Origin: an uncultured Syntrophaceae bacterium
GTDB lineage: Bacteria > Desulfobacterota > Syntrophia > Syntrophales > UBA2192
NCBI GenBank assembly: GCA_964619035.1
Contig: CAZUBX010000005.1
Coordinates: 2,643 to 66,642, forward strand
Length of the DNA: 64,000 bases
Direction of reading: 5' to 3'
Notes under the pieces: model-generated
Seen by the model: the letters and a program-made list of their open reading frames with translations, nothing else
Database searches by the model: none
What the model was told of the DNA's origin: nothing
Made by a program: the position numbers and the translations under genes
Shown here: in pieces, positions 26,548 to 36,053 of the stretch
Numbering within the stretch: position 1 is the stretch's first letter
How the letters are laid out: each line of letters begins with the position of its first letter

Positions 26548-27449
26548 GTTGCCGGCTCCTTTTTCTCCTTCGAGCTGTTTAGCTGCTTGAGGGCGAGCAT
26601 CAGGGCCTGCGTGCCCGATTTCCCGTGCCCCTGAGCCTTCACGGCCACGTAGAGCTGGTGCACCAGGGCAAGCCCCGGCAGGGCGAGGCCCATGGCCGCA
26701 GCCTCTCTCAGGGCGATGCCCATGTCCTTGATGAAGTGCTCGACGTAGAAACCGGGTTTGTAATCCCCCTGAACGATCCGCGGTCCCAGTGTGTTGAGGC
26801 ACCAGGATGTGGCGGCCCCTTTGCCGACGATGTCGATCACGGCCTGTTCGTCGAGGCCGGCTTTCGATGCATAGACCAGCGCTTCGCACACACCGATCAT
26901 CGACCCCGCGATCAGGATCTGGTTGCACATCTTCGTGTGCTGTCCTGCACCCGCGGCGCCCATGAAGGCAATCGTTTTCCCCAGGTGCTGGAACAGGGGC
27001 AGGATATCCTCGTAGACCTTCCGGTCCCCGCCGACCATGATGGCCAGGGTGGCGTTTCTCGCCCCCACGTCGCCGCCCGAAACGGGAGCATCGAGGCTGG
27101 CGATGCCCTTTTTCGAGGCGGCCTGCGCGATGCGTTTTGCCAGTGCCGGTTCACTGGTCGTCATGTCGACGACGACCCGGCACTTGGGCTCCCCGGACAG
27201 GATTCCCTGCGGTCCCAGATAAACTTCCTCCACATCGGACGGCATCCCAACCATGGAGAAGACAACCTCCGTCTCGGCCGCTACGGCCGCAGGCGTGGGA
27301 CACCAGTGTCCTCCCCGGTCGATGAGCGGTTTGGCCTTGTCGCGGGCCCTGTTGAAAAGGGACAGTTCGTGCCCCGCGAACTGCAGATGACCTGCCATCG
27401 ACGCTCCCATGATCCCTGTACCAATCCAACCGATCTTCATCGTGCTCAC
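26544..27449 (-). CDS. NAD(P)-dependent beta-hydroxyacid dehydrogenase (3-hydroxyisobutyrate/tartronate semialdehyde reductase family)
   Basis: IGWIGTGIMG Rossmann motif, DAPVSGG and the family-typical C-terminal helical domain. Confidence 0.85.
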   Translation of the reverse strand: MSTMKIGWIGTGIMGASMAGHLQFAGHELSLFNRARDKAKPLIDRGGHWCPTPAAVAAETEVVFSMVGMPSDVEEVYLGPQGILSGEPKCRVVVDMTTSEPALAKRIAQAASKKGIASLDAPVSGGDVGARNATLAIMVGGDRKVYEDILPLFQHLGKTIAFMGAAGAGQHTKMCNQILIAGSMIGVCEALVYASKAGLDEQAVIDIVGKGAATSWCLNTLGPRIVQGDYKPGFYVEHFIKDMGIALREAAAMGLALPGLALVHQLYVAVKAQGHGKSGTQALMLALKQLNSSKEKKEPAT

Positions 27450-27679
27450 CTCATGAACCTGTGATTGCTGACAGACAGCCTGGCTCGCTCCGGGCGTATC
27501 GACGGGACCCCCGGAATAAACCGATCATCCCATGCGATAACATCTCGGAAGCTTTGCCCATTCACTTTAAGTAAAGAGAGGCGCCCCTGTCAAGTTCCTC
27601 CTTTCCAACCGAACCGTTTTATAGTAAGGAAGGGGCCGTTGAGGCCATGCTGGACATGATCCTTCAAAGGAGGGGATTT

Positions 27680-28039
27680 ATGCTTCGTTTCGCTCTGGCC
27701 GCCGCCGTGCTTTTCCTTTCCGCACACTCTCTCTTCTCTGGAGGCGTCAGCCCGGCCTTTGCCGAGGATACGATTTTCCGCTGTGGGGCGGAGAGCGTCT
27801 CCATCGGGGACTCCCGATACACCGTGCAGAAGATCTGCGGGAAGCCCTCACGCAGCGAATCGGTCGGCCAAACAAGCAAGGAAAAAAAGCAAAAGCAACT
27901 GCAGGGATCGACTTCAAAATCCTATTCGGGGAAAGTTCAGAAGTTGTATTACGATCGGGGCTACGGAGATTTCGTCTACGCCCTCACCTTCGAAAAAGAT
28001 ATCCTGAAAAAAATCGAAAAATCCGGTCGGGCACGCTGA
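27680..28039 (+). CDS. small secreted protein, DUF2845-like
   Basis: Signal peptide, then C...SIGDS...V...CGKP and YDRG..F pattern. RBS aaggagggg lies before ATG 27680. Confidence 0.5.
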   Translation: MLRFALAAAVLFLSAHSLFSGGVSPAFAEDTIFRCGAESVSIGDSRYTVQKICGKPSRSESVGQTSKEKKQKQLQGSTSKSYSGKVQKLYYDRGYGDFVYALTFEKDILKKIEKSGRAR

Positions 28040-28046
28040 AGGACCG

Positions 28047-28156
28047 GGAAGCAAGGAACTTAGGAAGAGCAGAAGAGCGGATAGGAAAAAACGGACCGTT
28101 ATGGTTGTTTTTATTCTCTTGCCGATCTTCCGATCTTCCTCGCTTCCGATCTTCGC
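28047..28156. repeat. inverted 8-nt-period arrays (GGAANNNN / TTCCGATC)
   Basis: Left arm ggaagcaa ggaactta ggaagagc agaagagc ggatagga (28047-28090). Right arm cttgccgatc ttccgatc ttcctcgc ttccgatc ttcgcg (28118-28156). Confidence 0.7.
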
Positions 28157-28203
28157 GAAATCAAGGCTGAATGCCTTCGGGTGATTGACAGCTCCCCGGG
28201 AGC

Positions 28204-29988
28204 GTGGTCCTCATGTTGCAGACGATAGACTGGGTCATCATCGGGCTCTACTTCCTGCTGAGCGCCTCAATCGGCCTCTACTACACCCGCCGCGCCGGTT
28301 CCAGCATCCAGGAGTTCTTCCTCTCGGGGCGCAATCTCCCCTGGTGGCTTGCCGGCACCTCCATGGTCGCCACGACCTTTGCGGCCGACACGCCGCTGGC
28401 CGTAACGGAGCTCGTGGCGAAACACGGTATCGCCGGCAACTGGTTCTGGTGGAATTTCGTTCTCGGTGCCGTGCTGACCGTCTTCTTCTTTGCCCGGTTG
28501 TGGCGGCGCGCAGGCATCCTCACCGACGTGGAGCTCATCGAGCTGCGCTACTCCGGCAAACCCGCCGCGTTTCTGCGCGGGTTCCGTGCCCTCTATCTCG
28601 GCCTTTTCATCAACACCGTCATCATCGGCTGGGTGAACCTGGCCATGGCCTCCGTCCTCGAGGGGATGTTCGGCATACCGCCGGGACAGGTCATGATCTA
28701 CGTGGCCCTGTCCCTGGGTTTCACGGCCCTTTACTCGGCCCTCTCCGGTCTCTGGGGAGTAGCCGTCACCGACGCCTTCCAGTTTGTCCTGGCCATGGCC
28801 GGGACGATCGTCCTGGCCGTTTTGGTCCTGGATCTTCCCCAGATCGGGGGTTTGGCGGGGCTCGTGGAGAAAGTGCCGTCCTGGTCGCTCTCTTTCGTCC
28901 CTGCAATCTCGGGCGGCACAGCCGCCGACTCGACGGGCACGCTCACCCTGGGCGCAGCAGCCTTTTTCGCCTTCATCGGCATCCAGTGGTGGGCCTGCTG
29001 GTACCCCGGGTCGGAACCCGGCGGGGGCGGTTACGTGGCCCAGCGGATGATGTCGGCCAAAGACGAGCGACACTCTCTTTTTGCAACCCTCTGGTTCACC
29101 GTGGCCCACTACTGCGTGAGGCCCTGGCCGTGGATTCTCGTGGGGCTTGCAACCCTTGTGCTCTATCCCGACCTGGGACCCGCGGAAAAGCGGCTGGGCT
29201 ATGTCTACGCGATGCGCGACTTCCTGCCGCCGGGCGTCAAGGGCATGCTTGTCGCCGCCTTCTTTGCCGCCTACATGTCGACGATCTCGACCCAGCTCAA
29301 CTGGGGCACCTCGTACATCATCAACGATTTCTACCGGCGCTTCGTCCGGCCCGACGCGGGCGAGAGGCACCTCGTTGCCGTCTCGCGGGTCGGCACGCTG
29401 GCCATGATGGCTTTTTCGCTCTACGTCACCTCGATCCTGGAAACGATCTCCGGCGCCTGGGCCTTCATCATCGAGGCCGGCGCCGGGCTGGGGCTTGTCC
29501 TGATCCTGCGCTGGTTCTGGTGGCGGATCAACGCCTGGAGCGAGATTGCCGCGATGGTGACACCCCTTGCCGCCTGCGGCTGGCTGCGTATCGCCACGGA
29601 TATCCGTTTCCCGGAGACCCTGTATGCCATCGTGGCGGCCACCACCGTCGCCTGGGTCCTGGTCACCTTCCTGACAGAACCGACCGATGCACAAACGCTC
29701 GAGCGTTTCTACCGGCGCGTGCACCCGGGCGGCCCAGGCTGGGCCTCCGTGGCAAAGAGGATCCCCGATGTGAAAGGGGACAGCGGCTACGGGAGGCTCC
29801 TTCGGGACTGGCTCTGCGGGGTGATCCTTGTCTATTCCGTGCTCTTCGGAACGGGGAAGATCCTTCTGCTGCAGACAGGAGAAGGGCTGATCTTTCTTGC
29901 CGTTGCCGGGGCGGCGGCGTGGGTGATATCATGCGACCTGGCAAAACAGGGTACAGGGCATAGGGTACAGGGTATAGGGGGAAAATGA
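28204..29988 (+). CDS. sodium:solute symporter (SSS) family transporter
   Basis: About 13 TM helices and an N-terminal FFLSGRNLPWWLAGTSMVATTFAADTP motif. The start is 28204 (GTG) or 28213 (ATG). The last 14 codons are encoded by a heptamer array. Confidence 0.85.
   Translation: MVLMLQTIDWVIIGLYFLLSASIGLYYTRRAGSSIQEFFLSGRNLPWWLAGTSMVATTFAADTPLAVTELVAKHGIAGNWFWWNFVLGAVLTVFFFARLWRRAGILTDVELIELRYSGKPAAFLRGFRALYLGLFINTVIIGWVNLAMASVLEGMFGIPPGQVMIYVALSLGFTALYSALSGLWGVAVTDAFQFVLAMAGTIVLAVLVLDLPQIGGLAGLVEKVPSWSLSFVPAISGGTAADSTGTLTLGAAAFFAFIGIQWWACWYPGSEPGGGGYVAQRMMSAKDERHSLFATLWFTVAHYCVRPWPWILVGLATLVLYPDLGPAEKRLGYVYAMRDFLPPGVKGMLVAAFFAAYMSTISTQLNWGTSYIINDFYRRFVRPDAGERHLVAVSRVGTLAMMAFSLYVTSILETISGAWAFIIEAGAGLGLVLILRWFWWRINAWSEIAAMVTPLAACGWLRIATDIRFPETLYAIVAATTVAWVLVTFLTEPTDAQTLERFYRRVHPGGPGWASVAKRIPDVKGDSGYGRLLRDWLCGVILVYSVLFGTGKILLLQTGEGLIFLAVAGAAAWVISCDLAKQGTGHRVQGIGGK
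29945..29981 (+). repeat. heptamer array (NNCAGGG/NNTAGGG)x5 inside the 3' end of the SSS gene
   Basis: aacaggg tacaggg catagggg-type units: aacagggtacagggcatagggtacagggtataggggg. Confidence 0.8.
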
Positions 29989-30680
29989 AGAAAGAACTAA
30001 AGAGGGTATTGTCGTTCGGAACGCATCCCGATGACATCGAGATCGGCTGCGGAGGGACAGAGGCGCTCCTTGCACGGAAGGGCTGCGAAATTACCCACGT
30101 GATTCTGACCTCCGGCGAGGCGGGCAGCGACAAGACCCCTCCCTGGGAGCTGGGGCCCATTCGGGAAAAGGAGGCCATCGAGGCGGCGAAGGTGATCGGC
30201 GCGGGCAACGTGGAATTCCTCCGATACCCCGACGGGCTGACGGGCTTCACCCGTGACATGAAGGTCGACATCATCCGAATCGTCCGGAGGCTGCGCCCGC
30301 ACATCCTGTTCATCCACGAGAGAAACGAGTCGTCCCTGGGGCACCGGGTGGCGAGCGAACTGGTTCTCGAGGCCGTGCAGGCCGGCTCCGGCCCCTGGTT
30401 CCAGGAGGCCGGCGGCGGGCCCTGGTCCCCCGATGTCATCCTGGGCTACGAGGTATGGCACCCGCTCGGGCGCTGCGAGCTTGCCGTCGACATCTCGCCG
30501 ACCCTGGAGACAAAGATCAAGGCCCTGGCGTGCCACCGCTCGCAGACGGCGGCCCTCCGCTACGACGAGGCCGTCCGGGGGCTTGCCCGCTGGCGCGGCG
30601 TCATGAGCCTTTCGGGCGGGGACGCCGAGGTGTTCGAAGTCATCAAGGCGTCACAGGATACCGTTTTAGGTTTTACGTGA
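29985..30680 (+). CDS. PIG-L/LmbE family N-acetylglucosaminyl deacetylase
   Basis: THPDDIEIGCGG motif and a later HRV..E pattern. ATGA overlap with the upstream gene. Confidence 0.8.
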   Translation: MKKELKRVLSFGTHPDDIEIGCGGTEALLARKGCEITHVILTSGEAGSDKTPPWELGPIREKEAIEAAKVIGAGNVEFLRYPDGLTGFTRDMKVDIIRIVRRLRPHILFIHERNESSLGHRVASELVLEAVQAGSGPWFQEAGGGPWSPDVILGYEVWHPLGRCELAVDISPTLETKIKALACHRSQTAALRYDEAVRGLARWRGVMSLSGGDAEVFEVIKASQDTVLGFT

Positions 30681-30692
30681 TTAGGTTTTAAG
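30663..30692 (+). repeat. heptamer array (GTTTTAN) spanning the PIG-L stop codon
   Basis: gttttag gttttac gtgatta ggtttta ag. Confidence 0.6.
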
Positions 30693-30706
30693 TCAACGGC
30701 GATTCG

Positions 30707-31915
30707 ATGGGTTCAAAGAATATGAATGCAGAAAACAAAAACAGGCAGGCGGTAACGGCGAGTTGCGGGGTGGAGGGCTTGAGCCACCTCAAAACCTTTT
30801 ACTCCATCCCCAACTTCCATATCGGAGGGACCTACAACCTCGACGACCCCTCGTCGTGGGAATCGGGCGGTATGGGAGGCGTGACCTTGGAGTCTCTCGG
30901 AAAGGCCCCCCTTCGCACAGCCTGCATCGCCGTCGGGACCCCTCACCGGGACGCAGACGGCTTCATCGACAACGCCGTCCTCTTCAGCCCCTTTTACTCC
31001 GGCGATGCGGCTCTGATGTACTTCTACTGGTACCGCGGCCAGGGAGCAAACGACTTCTGCGGCGGCCCCGTTGTGGGCCCCGGAGAGCTGATCGACACGG
31101 AGCGCCACTACGTCATCTTCCTGGATGCCCTCGGCCTCTGGGGCGCCAGCAAGCCGAGTGACGGGCTTGGCCTGAAGTTCCCGCAATACAGCATCGAGGA
31201 TTGTGTCCAGGCCAACTACCGGCTGCTTCGGGACCACCTGAAGGTGAGCCGCGTGAAGCTTGCCATGGGATGCTCCATGGGGGCCATCCAGAGCTATCTC
31301 TGGGCCCTGATGCACCCGGGGTTTGTCGAGGCCATCATGCCCATGGGAGGCGTCACGGAGACGGACGCCAATCTGCGCTGGCTCTTCCGGCTCATGTCGG
31401 CGGCCATCGAGAGCGACCCCGCATGGAGAGAGACGGGGGGCGATTACTACCACCTGCCAAAAGAGCAGCACCCGTCCCGGGGCGTCATGTTCGGCTGGTC
31501 CATCCTGTTCCACTCGGCCATGAGTTTCGACCATCGAATCCAGATGGGGTGGGACGAGGTCCAGAAGGAGGCCTTTGCCTGGGAGCCCCACGGGAAGGAA
31601 GGGATTCTTCTCGTTCCCTACGGCCGCAATTACGACGCCATCGACCTGCTGTACCGCAATCGGGCGGGAGAGACGCTCAACGTGACACAAGAGTTGCACC
31701 GCATCCGGGCAAGAACCCTCATCCTGCACGTGGCCAACGATCACTGGGTCCGGCTGTGCATGGCTCAACAAGCCCAGGAGCGCATTGCCGGCGCGAGGCT
31801 CTGCTCCTTTGAACACCCCCTGGGGCACTATGCCCTTTTCCGGGCGCCGAATGAGTTCCGCGACACAATCAAAACGTTTCTCGAAGACTCCAACCCGACT
31901 GCGACAGGGGGATAG
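30707..31915 (+). CDS. alpha/beta hydrolase, homoserine O-acetyltransferase (MetX)-like family
   Basis: Nucleophile elbow GCSMGA and MetX-like length and layout. The substrate is unknown. Confidence 0.65.
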   Translation: MGSKNMNAENKNRQAVTASCGVEGLSHLKTFYSIPNFHIGGTYNLDDPSSWESGGMGGVTLESLGKAPLRTACIAVGTPHRDADGFIDNAVLFSPFYSGDAALMYFYWYRGQGANDFCGGPVVGPGELIDTERHYVIFLDALGLWGASKPSDGLGLKFPQYSIEDCVQANYRLLRDHLKVSRVKLAMGCSMGAIQSYLWALMHPGFVEAIMPMGGVTETDANLRWLFRLMSAAIESDPAWRETGGDYYHLPKEQHPSRGVMFGWSILFHSAMSFDHRIQMGWDEVQKEAFAWEPHGKEGILLVPYGRNYDAIDLLYRNRAGETLNVTQELHRIRARTLILHVANDHWVRLCMAQQAQERIAGARLCSFEHPLGHYALFRAPNEFRDTIKTFLEDSNPTATGG

Positions 31916-31917
31916 CC

Positions 31918-33219
31918 GTGAACCACGATGTTTTCACCATCTTCACTGCGGCGCTTGGCGCCGTCGACCCTTACGCCGCCGTGAAGAATTACGTCGGCCT
32001 GATCCGCGAGATCTGCCGTGAGGCGGGGCTCAAGAAGATCTATGTCGCGAGCTTCGGCAAGGCGGCCTACGCGATGAGCCGCGCGCTGGCCGACGCGCTG
32101 CCGGATCGGATCGTCCGGGGTGTCGTCGTCACCAAATACGGCCACGTCTCCGCAGAACCTCTTCCCGGAACATTCGAGATTCACGAGGCGGGGCATCCCG
32201 TGCCCGACGAACAGGGCGTCGCCGGAACCGAAAGGATGATTGACCTCCTCAAGCAGGCTGACGGCGAGTCGCTCGTCGTCTGTCTCATCTCGGGGGGCGG
32301 ATCGGCGCTCCTCGTCGCCCCTTCCGAAGGAGTCTCGCTTGACGAAAAGCAGCAATTGACCCGGACGCTTCTACAGGCGGGCGCCGATATCGTGGAGCTC
32401 AACACGGTGCGAAAGCACCTCTCGCGCGTCAAGGCGGGCAGGCTCGCCGAGGCGGCCCGCCCGGCCAGGGTGCTCTCCCTCATCCTCTCGGATGTTATCG
32501 GCGACAGGCTCGACTCCATCGCCTCGGGGCCCACCTCGCCGGACAAGACGACCTGGGCCGACGCCCTCGACGTGGTGACCCGCTATGACCCGGACGGGAA
32601 AATCCCGCCAACGATCATGCAACTGATCCGGGACGGCGCGGTCGGACGCATCCCCGACACCCCGAAGCAGGGCAATCCGGTCTTCGAGGGCGTGGAGAAT
32701 ATCATCATCGGCAGCAACCGCATCGCCACGGAGGCCGCCAGGCAAAAGGCACTGGGGATGGGATTCGAGCCGGTCGTCCTCACATCGGGGTTGCAGGGCG
32801 AGGCCCGCGAGGCCGCCCTGAGACTCTACCGCCAGGTCCTGGAGTCGCAGTCCTGCCTCGCCTCGGGCAGGAAAAAGATCTGCCTCATCGCCGGGGGCGA
32901 AACAACGGTGACTGTCCGGGGGAAGGGTCTCGGCGGGAGGAACACGGAAATGGCCCTCGCCTTCGCCATGGCCATCGAGGGAACCTCGGGGATCACGTTT
33001 CTCTCGGCGGGCACCGACGGGACCGACGGCCCCACGGATGCCGCCGGTGCCGTCGCCGACGGTGAGACGATCCCGAAAGCCAGGGCCCTCGGTCTCGACC
33101 CGCAGTCCTTTCTCGACGACAACGACTCCTATCACTTCTTCGAGAAGACGGGCGGCCTCTTCAAAACAGGGCCTACGGGGACAAACGTGATGGACCTGCA
33201 GATCATCCTTATTGAGTAA
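31918..33219 (+). CDS. glycerate 2-kinase / hydroxypyruvate reductase family (DUF4147 + MOFRL)
   Basis: SFGKAAYAM, GHPVPDE, LISGGGSALL and C-terminal AGTDGTDGPTDAAGA motifs. GTG start. Confidence 0.85.
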   Translation: MNHDVFTIFTAALGAVDPYAAVKNYVGLIREICREAGLKKIYVASFGKAAYAMSRALADALPDRIVRGVVVTKYGHVSAEPLPGTFEIHEAGHPVPDEQGVAGTERMIDLLKQADGESLVVCLISGGGSALLVAPSEGVSLDEKQQLTRTLLQAGADIVELNTVRKHLSRVKAGRLAEAARPARVLSLILSDVIGDRLDSIASGPTSPDKTTWADALDVVTRYDPDGKIPPTIMQLIRDGAVGRIPDTPKQGNPVFEGVENIIIGSNRIATEAARQKALGMGFEPVVLTSGLQGEAREAALRLYRQVLESQSCLASGRKKICLIAGGETTVTVRGKGLGGRNTEMALAFAMAIEGTSGITFLSAGTDGTDGPTDAAGAVADGETIPKARALGLDPQSFLDDNDSYHFFEKTGGLFKTGPTGTNVMDLQIILIE

Positions 33220-33244
33220 CCACAAGCCACAAGCCTCAAGAAAG
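33220..33244. repeat. heptamer array (CCACAAG type)
   Basis: ccacaag ccacaag cctcaag aaag, directly after the stop codon. Reverse complement of the GTGGCTT flavour. Confidence 0.7.
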
Positions 33245-33259
33245 AAAATCCCCCTCTTT

Positions 33260-33287
33260 CCCCCTTTGTTAAAGGGGGGTTTGTCTT
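33260..33287 (+). terminator. intrinsic terminator
   Basis: 8-bp stem cccccttt/aaaggggg, 3-nt loop, followed by gtttgtctt. Confidence 0.6.
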
Positions 33288-33378
33288 ATCCGTCTTCTCT
33301 TGTCCCTACACCCTCGTCCCCGGTCCCTTCTTTCTCCTTCACCGGTCACTGGCCACTGATCACTGGTCACTTCTTTCT
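33288..33378. repeat. heptamer arrays (GTCCCTN then CACTGGT flavours)
   Basis: 33302-33330 gtccctacaccctcgtccccggtcccttc is 28 of 29 identical to 56621-56649. It is followed by cttcaccggtcactggccactgatcactggtcacttc. Confidence 0.85.
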
Positions 33379-33429
33379 CGCCGGCCAGTTTTTCCTTGAC
33401 AAAAAGACGAGGAAACGATTTAGTGATTT

Positions 33430-33443
33430 TTGCATACAATATT
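33430..33443 (+). promoter_or_regulatory. candidate GntR operator
   Basis: TTGCATACAATATT lies 36 nt before the gntR-type gene. A related TTGCATACAAAATACAATATT occurs on the minus strand at 41188-41213 upstream of the TRAP operon. Confidence 0.4.
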
Positions 33444-33478
33444 CAATCTTCGAACCCCTGCCCCGCGGAGAAGAAGCC

Positions 33479-34216
33479 ATGAGAAAGCTGGGTACACGCC
33501 ACGAGAATCTGGACCGGAAGGTGTACCGTGAGCTCAAGTCGATGATCGTCGACCGCAAGCTCAAGCCGGGCGACAAGATCCTGCAGGAAAAAATCTCCCA
33601 GGAATTCGGCGTGAGCCGCACGCCCCTCATGTGCGCCCTGAAGAAGCTCGAGCAGGAAAAGCTCGTTCAGGCCATCCCGCGCCGGGGGTTCTACGTCAGG
33701 CGCTTCACGAAGGAAGAGATCCTCGAGGCCTTCGAGCTGCGTGAGATCCTGGAGGGCCTTGCGGCCCGGCGCGCGGCGATGATCATCACAGCAGTCCAGG
33801 CCGAAAGACTCCGGGCCTTCTTCCGGGAGGTCGACATCTCCGACAGCGGCCAAAGCATCAAACGCTATTCCGATGAGGACCGGCGCTTCCACAACTTTCT
33901 CATTGAGTTGGGCGGCTTCGACCTGCTCAACGACATCCTGGAAAACTACAACATCATCGCCGTGAGCTACCGCATTGACGTCATGGAGGGCCTCGTGAGA
34001 CACCCGAAGGAAACCCTGCCGGAGCACCGTTCGCTCATCGAGGCGATCGCATCCGGCAAGCCTGACCTGGCGGAAAAACTGGCCCGGCAGCACTTCGCCC
34101 GGTCGCGGCAGCAGCTTCTGCACGAGATGGAGCATGAAAAAACAAGACAGACCGGAAAGCCGGCTGCCGGCAAACTGCGGGCTTTCAAGGTGCACCAGAT
34201 GGAACCCGGCCAATAA
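33479..34216 (+). CDS. GntR/FadR-family transcriptional regulator
   Basis: Winged HTH (ISQEFGVSRTPLMCALKKLEQEKLV) plus an FCD-like helical C-terminal domain. Confidence 0.85.
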   Translation: MRKLGTRHENLDRKVYRELKSMIVDRKLKPGDKILQEKISQEFGVSRTPLMCALKKLEQEKLVQAIPRRGFYVRRFTKEEILEAFELREILEGLAARRAAMIITAVQAERLRAFFREVDISDSGQSIKRYSDEDRRFHNFLIELGGFDLLNDILENYNIIAVSYRIDVMEGLVRHPKETLPEHRSLIEAIASGKPDLAEKLARQHFARSRQQLLHEMEHEKTRQTGKPAAGKLRAFKVHQMEPGQ

Positions 34217-34238
34217 AGGAAAGAAACGGAGGGGAATT

Positions 34239-35099
34239 TTGACAGCGGCAGTACGAGCCCATCGGGCACTCACCCTGGGGGAACGGGCGGTCTTTCTCGC
34301 CGAGAAGGCAAAGGAGGTCCGCTCCCGTATCCTCTCCATGATCTTTAAGGCCAAGTCGGGGCACCCGGGAGGGGCCCTCTCGGCGGCCGACATCGTGACG
34401 GCCCTCTACTTCGACATCCTGCGAGTAGACCCGGCCAACCCTCGCTGGCCCGACCGGGACCGTTTCCTTCTCTCGAAGGGCCACGCCTGTCCCGTCCTTT
34501 ACACCTGCCTTGCCATGCGGGGCTACTTCGGGCTGGAGCACCTGGACACTCTGAGGCAGTTCGAGAGCATCCTCCAGGGCCACCCCATCCGGAAAACACC
34601 CGGGATCGACATGTCGACGGGCTCGCTGGGCCACGGGTTGAGCATCGGCCTCGGAATGGCCCTCGACGGGAAACTTCGCGGAAAAGACTACACCGTCTAC
34701 GTGATGCTGGGCGACGGCGAGATCAACGAGGGTCACGTCTGGGAGGCCGCCATGGCGGCGGCGAAATACAAAGCTGACAACCTCATCGCGATTGTCGACC
34801 GCAACCGCCTGCAAATGGACGGCTGCTGCGACGACATCATGCCCATGGGCGACATTGCGTCGAAGTTCAAGGCCTTCGGCTGGAAGACCTTCGAGATCGA
34901 CGGTCATGACATGACACAGATCCTCCGGACGATCGGGAAGGCGCGCAGGGTGCGCAGCAAGCCCGCCTGCATCATCGCCAACACGGTGAAGGGCAAAGGG
35001 GTGAGCTACATGGAGGATCGATTCGAATGGCACGGCAAGTGCCCCGACGCGGATCAGCTCGCCTGCGCCATGCAGGAGATCTGGGGGGAGGACTCATGA
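34239..35099 (+). CDS. transketolase, N-terminal (TPP-binding) subunit
   Basis: SGHPGGALS, SKGH and GDGEINEG motifs. TTG at 34239 after ggagggg is the best start, but it is uncertain. Confidence 0.8.
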   Translation: MTAAVRAHRALTLGERAVFLAEKAKEVRSRILSMIFKAKSGHPGGALSAADIVTALYFDILRVDPANPRWPDRDRFLLSKGHACPVLYTCLAMRGYFGLEHLDTLRQFESILQGHPIRKTPGIDMSTGSLGHGLSIGLGMALDGKLRGKDYTVYVMLGDGEINEGHVWEAAMAAAKYKADNLIAIVDRNRLQMDGCCDDIMPMGDIASKFKAFGWKTFEIDGHDMTQILRTIGKARRVRSKPACIIANTVKGKGVSYMEDRFEWHGKCPDADQLACAMQEIWGEDS

Positions 35100-36052
35100 G
35101 ACCGCATGCCATGACACCAGCCATCGTTCCCACCCGGCGGGCCTTCTCCGAGCGAATGGCCGAATACGGAGCCATCGACGGCGACTTCGTCGTCTTCGAG
35201 GCCGACATCGGCTATTCCACCTTCTCGCATCTGTTCGGCGACCAATACCCCGCACGATACTTCAACATGGGCATCGCCGAGGGCAACATGGTAAGCGCCG
35301 CCGCGGGCATGGCCGCCGATGGCCGCACCGCTGTGGCGTCGAGCTACGGCGTATTCATCACCATGCGGGCCCTGGAATCGGTCCGGACCTTCGTCTGTTA
35401 CCCGGATCTGAACGTGAAGTTTCTCTCGTCGCACGGCGGGTTCACGCCGGCCATCGACGGCGTGTCCCACCAGGCCACTGAGGACATCGCCAACATGACG
35501 ACGCTGCCCAACATGAAGGTCCTCGTACCGGCCGACACGTGGGCCGCAAAGAAGCTCTTCGACGTGGCCCTGCAGACACCGGGGCCCGTATTCGTCCGCC
35601 TCATGCGCGACCCCATCCTCGAGCTCTACGAGCCGGACGACAGCTTCCGCATGGGCGGAAGCCACGTCGTCATCGAGGGGACCGACGTGACAATCGCCAC
35701 CTACGGCGACATCGTTTTCGAGGCCATCGAAGCCGCAAGGCTTCTCGCAACGGAGGGCATCCGGGCCGAGGTCATCGACATGTACTCCGTGAAACCCTTC
35801 GACCGGGAGACCCTCGTGCGGTCCCTGGACAAGACGGGCGCCCTCGTTGTCGCCGAAAACCACCAGAAGCGAAACGGCCTGGGCTACGAACTTTCCAACT
35901 TCTGCATCAAAAACAAGGTGGTTCCTTTCGACAACCTGGGCCTCGAGGACACCTTCGCCGAGAGCGGAAGCTACGGGAAGCTTCTCGAGAAATACGGTCT
36001 GTCGAAGACCCATATCGCCGGGGCGGCCAGGCGCCTCCTCAGGAGGACATAG
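35096..36052 (+). CDS. transketolase, C-terminal (pyrimidine-binding) subunit
   Basis: FNMGIAEGNM and HQATEDIA motifs. ATGA overlap with the N-terminal subunit gene. Confidence 0.85.
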   Translation: MRPHAMTPAIVPTRRAFSERMAEYGAIDGDFVVFEADIGYSTFSHLFGDQYPARYFNMGIAEGNMVSAAAGMAADGRTAVASSYGVFITMRALESVRTFVCYPDLNVKFLSSHGGFTPAIDGVSHQATEDIANMTTLPNMKVLVPADTWAAKKLFDVALQTPGPVFVRLMRDPILELYEPDDSFRMGGSHVVIEGTDVTIATYGDIVFEAIEAARLLATEGIRAEVIDMYSVKPFDRETLVRSLDKTGALVVAENHQKRNGLGYELSNFCIKNKVVPFDNLGLEDTFAESGSYGKLLEKYGLSKTHIAGAARRLLRRT

Positions 36053-36053
36053 A

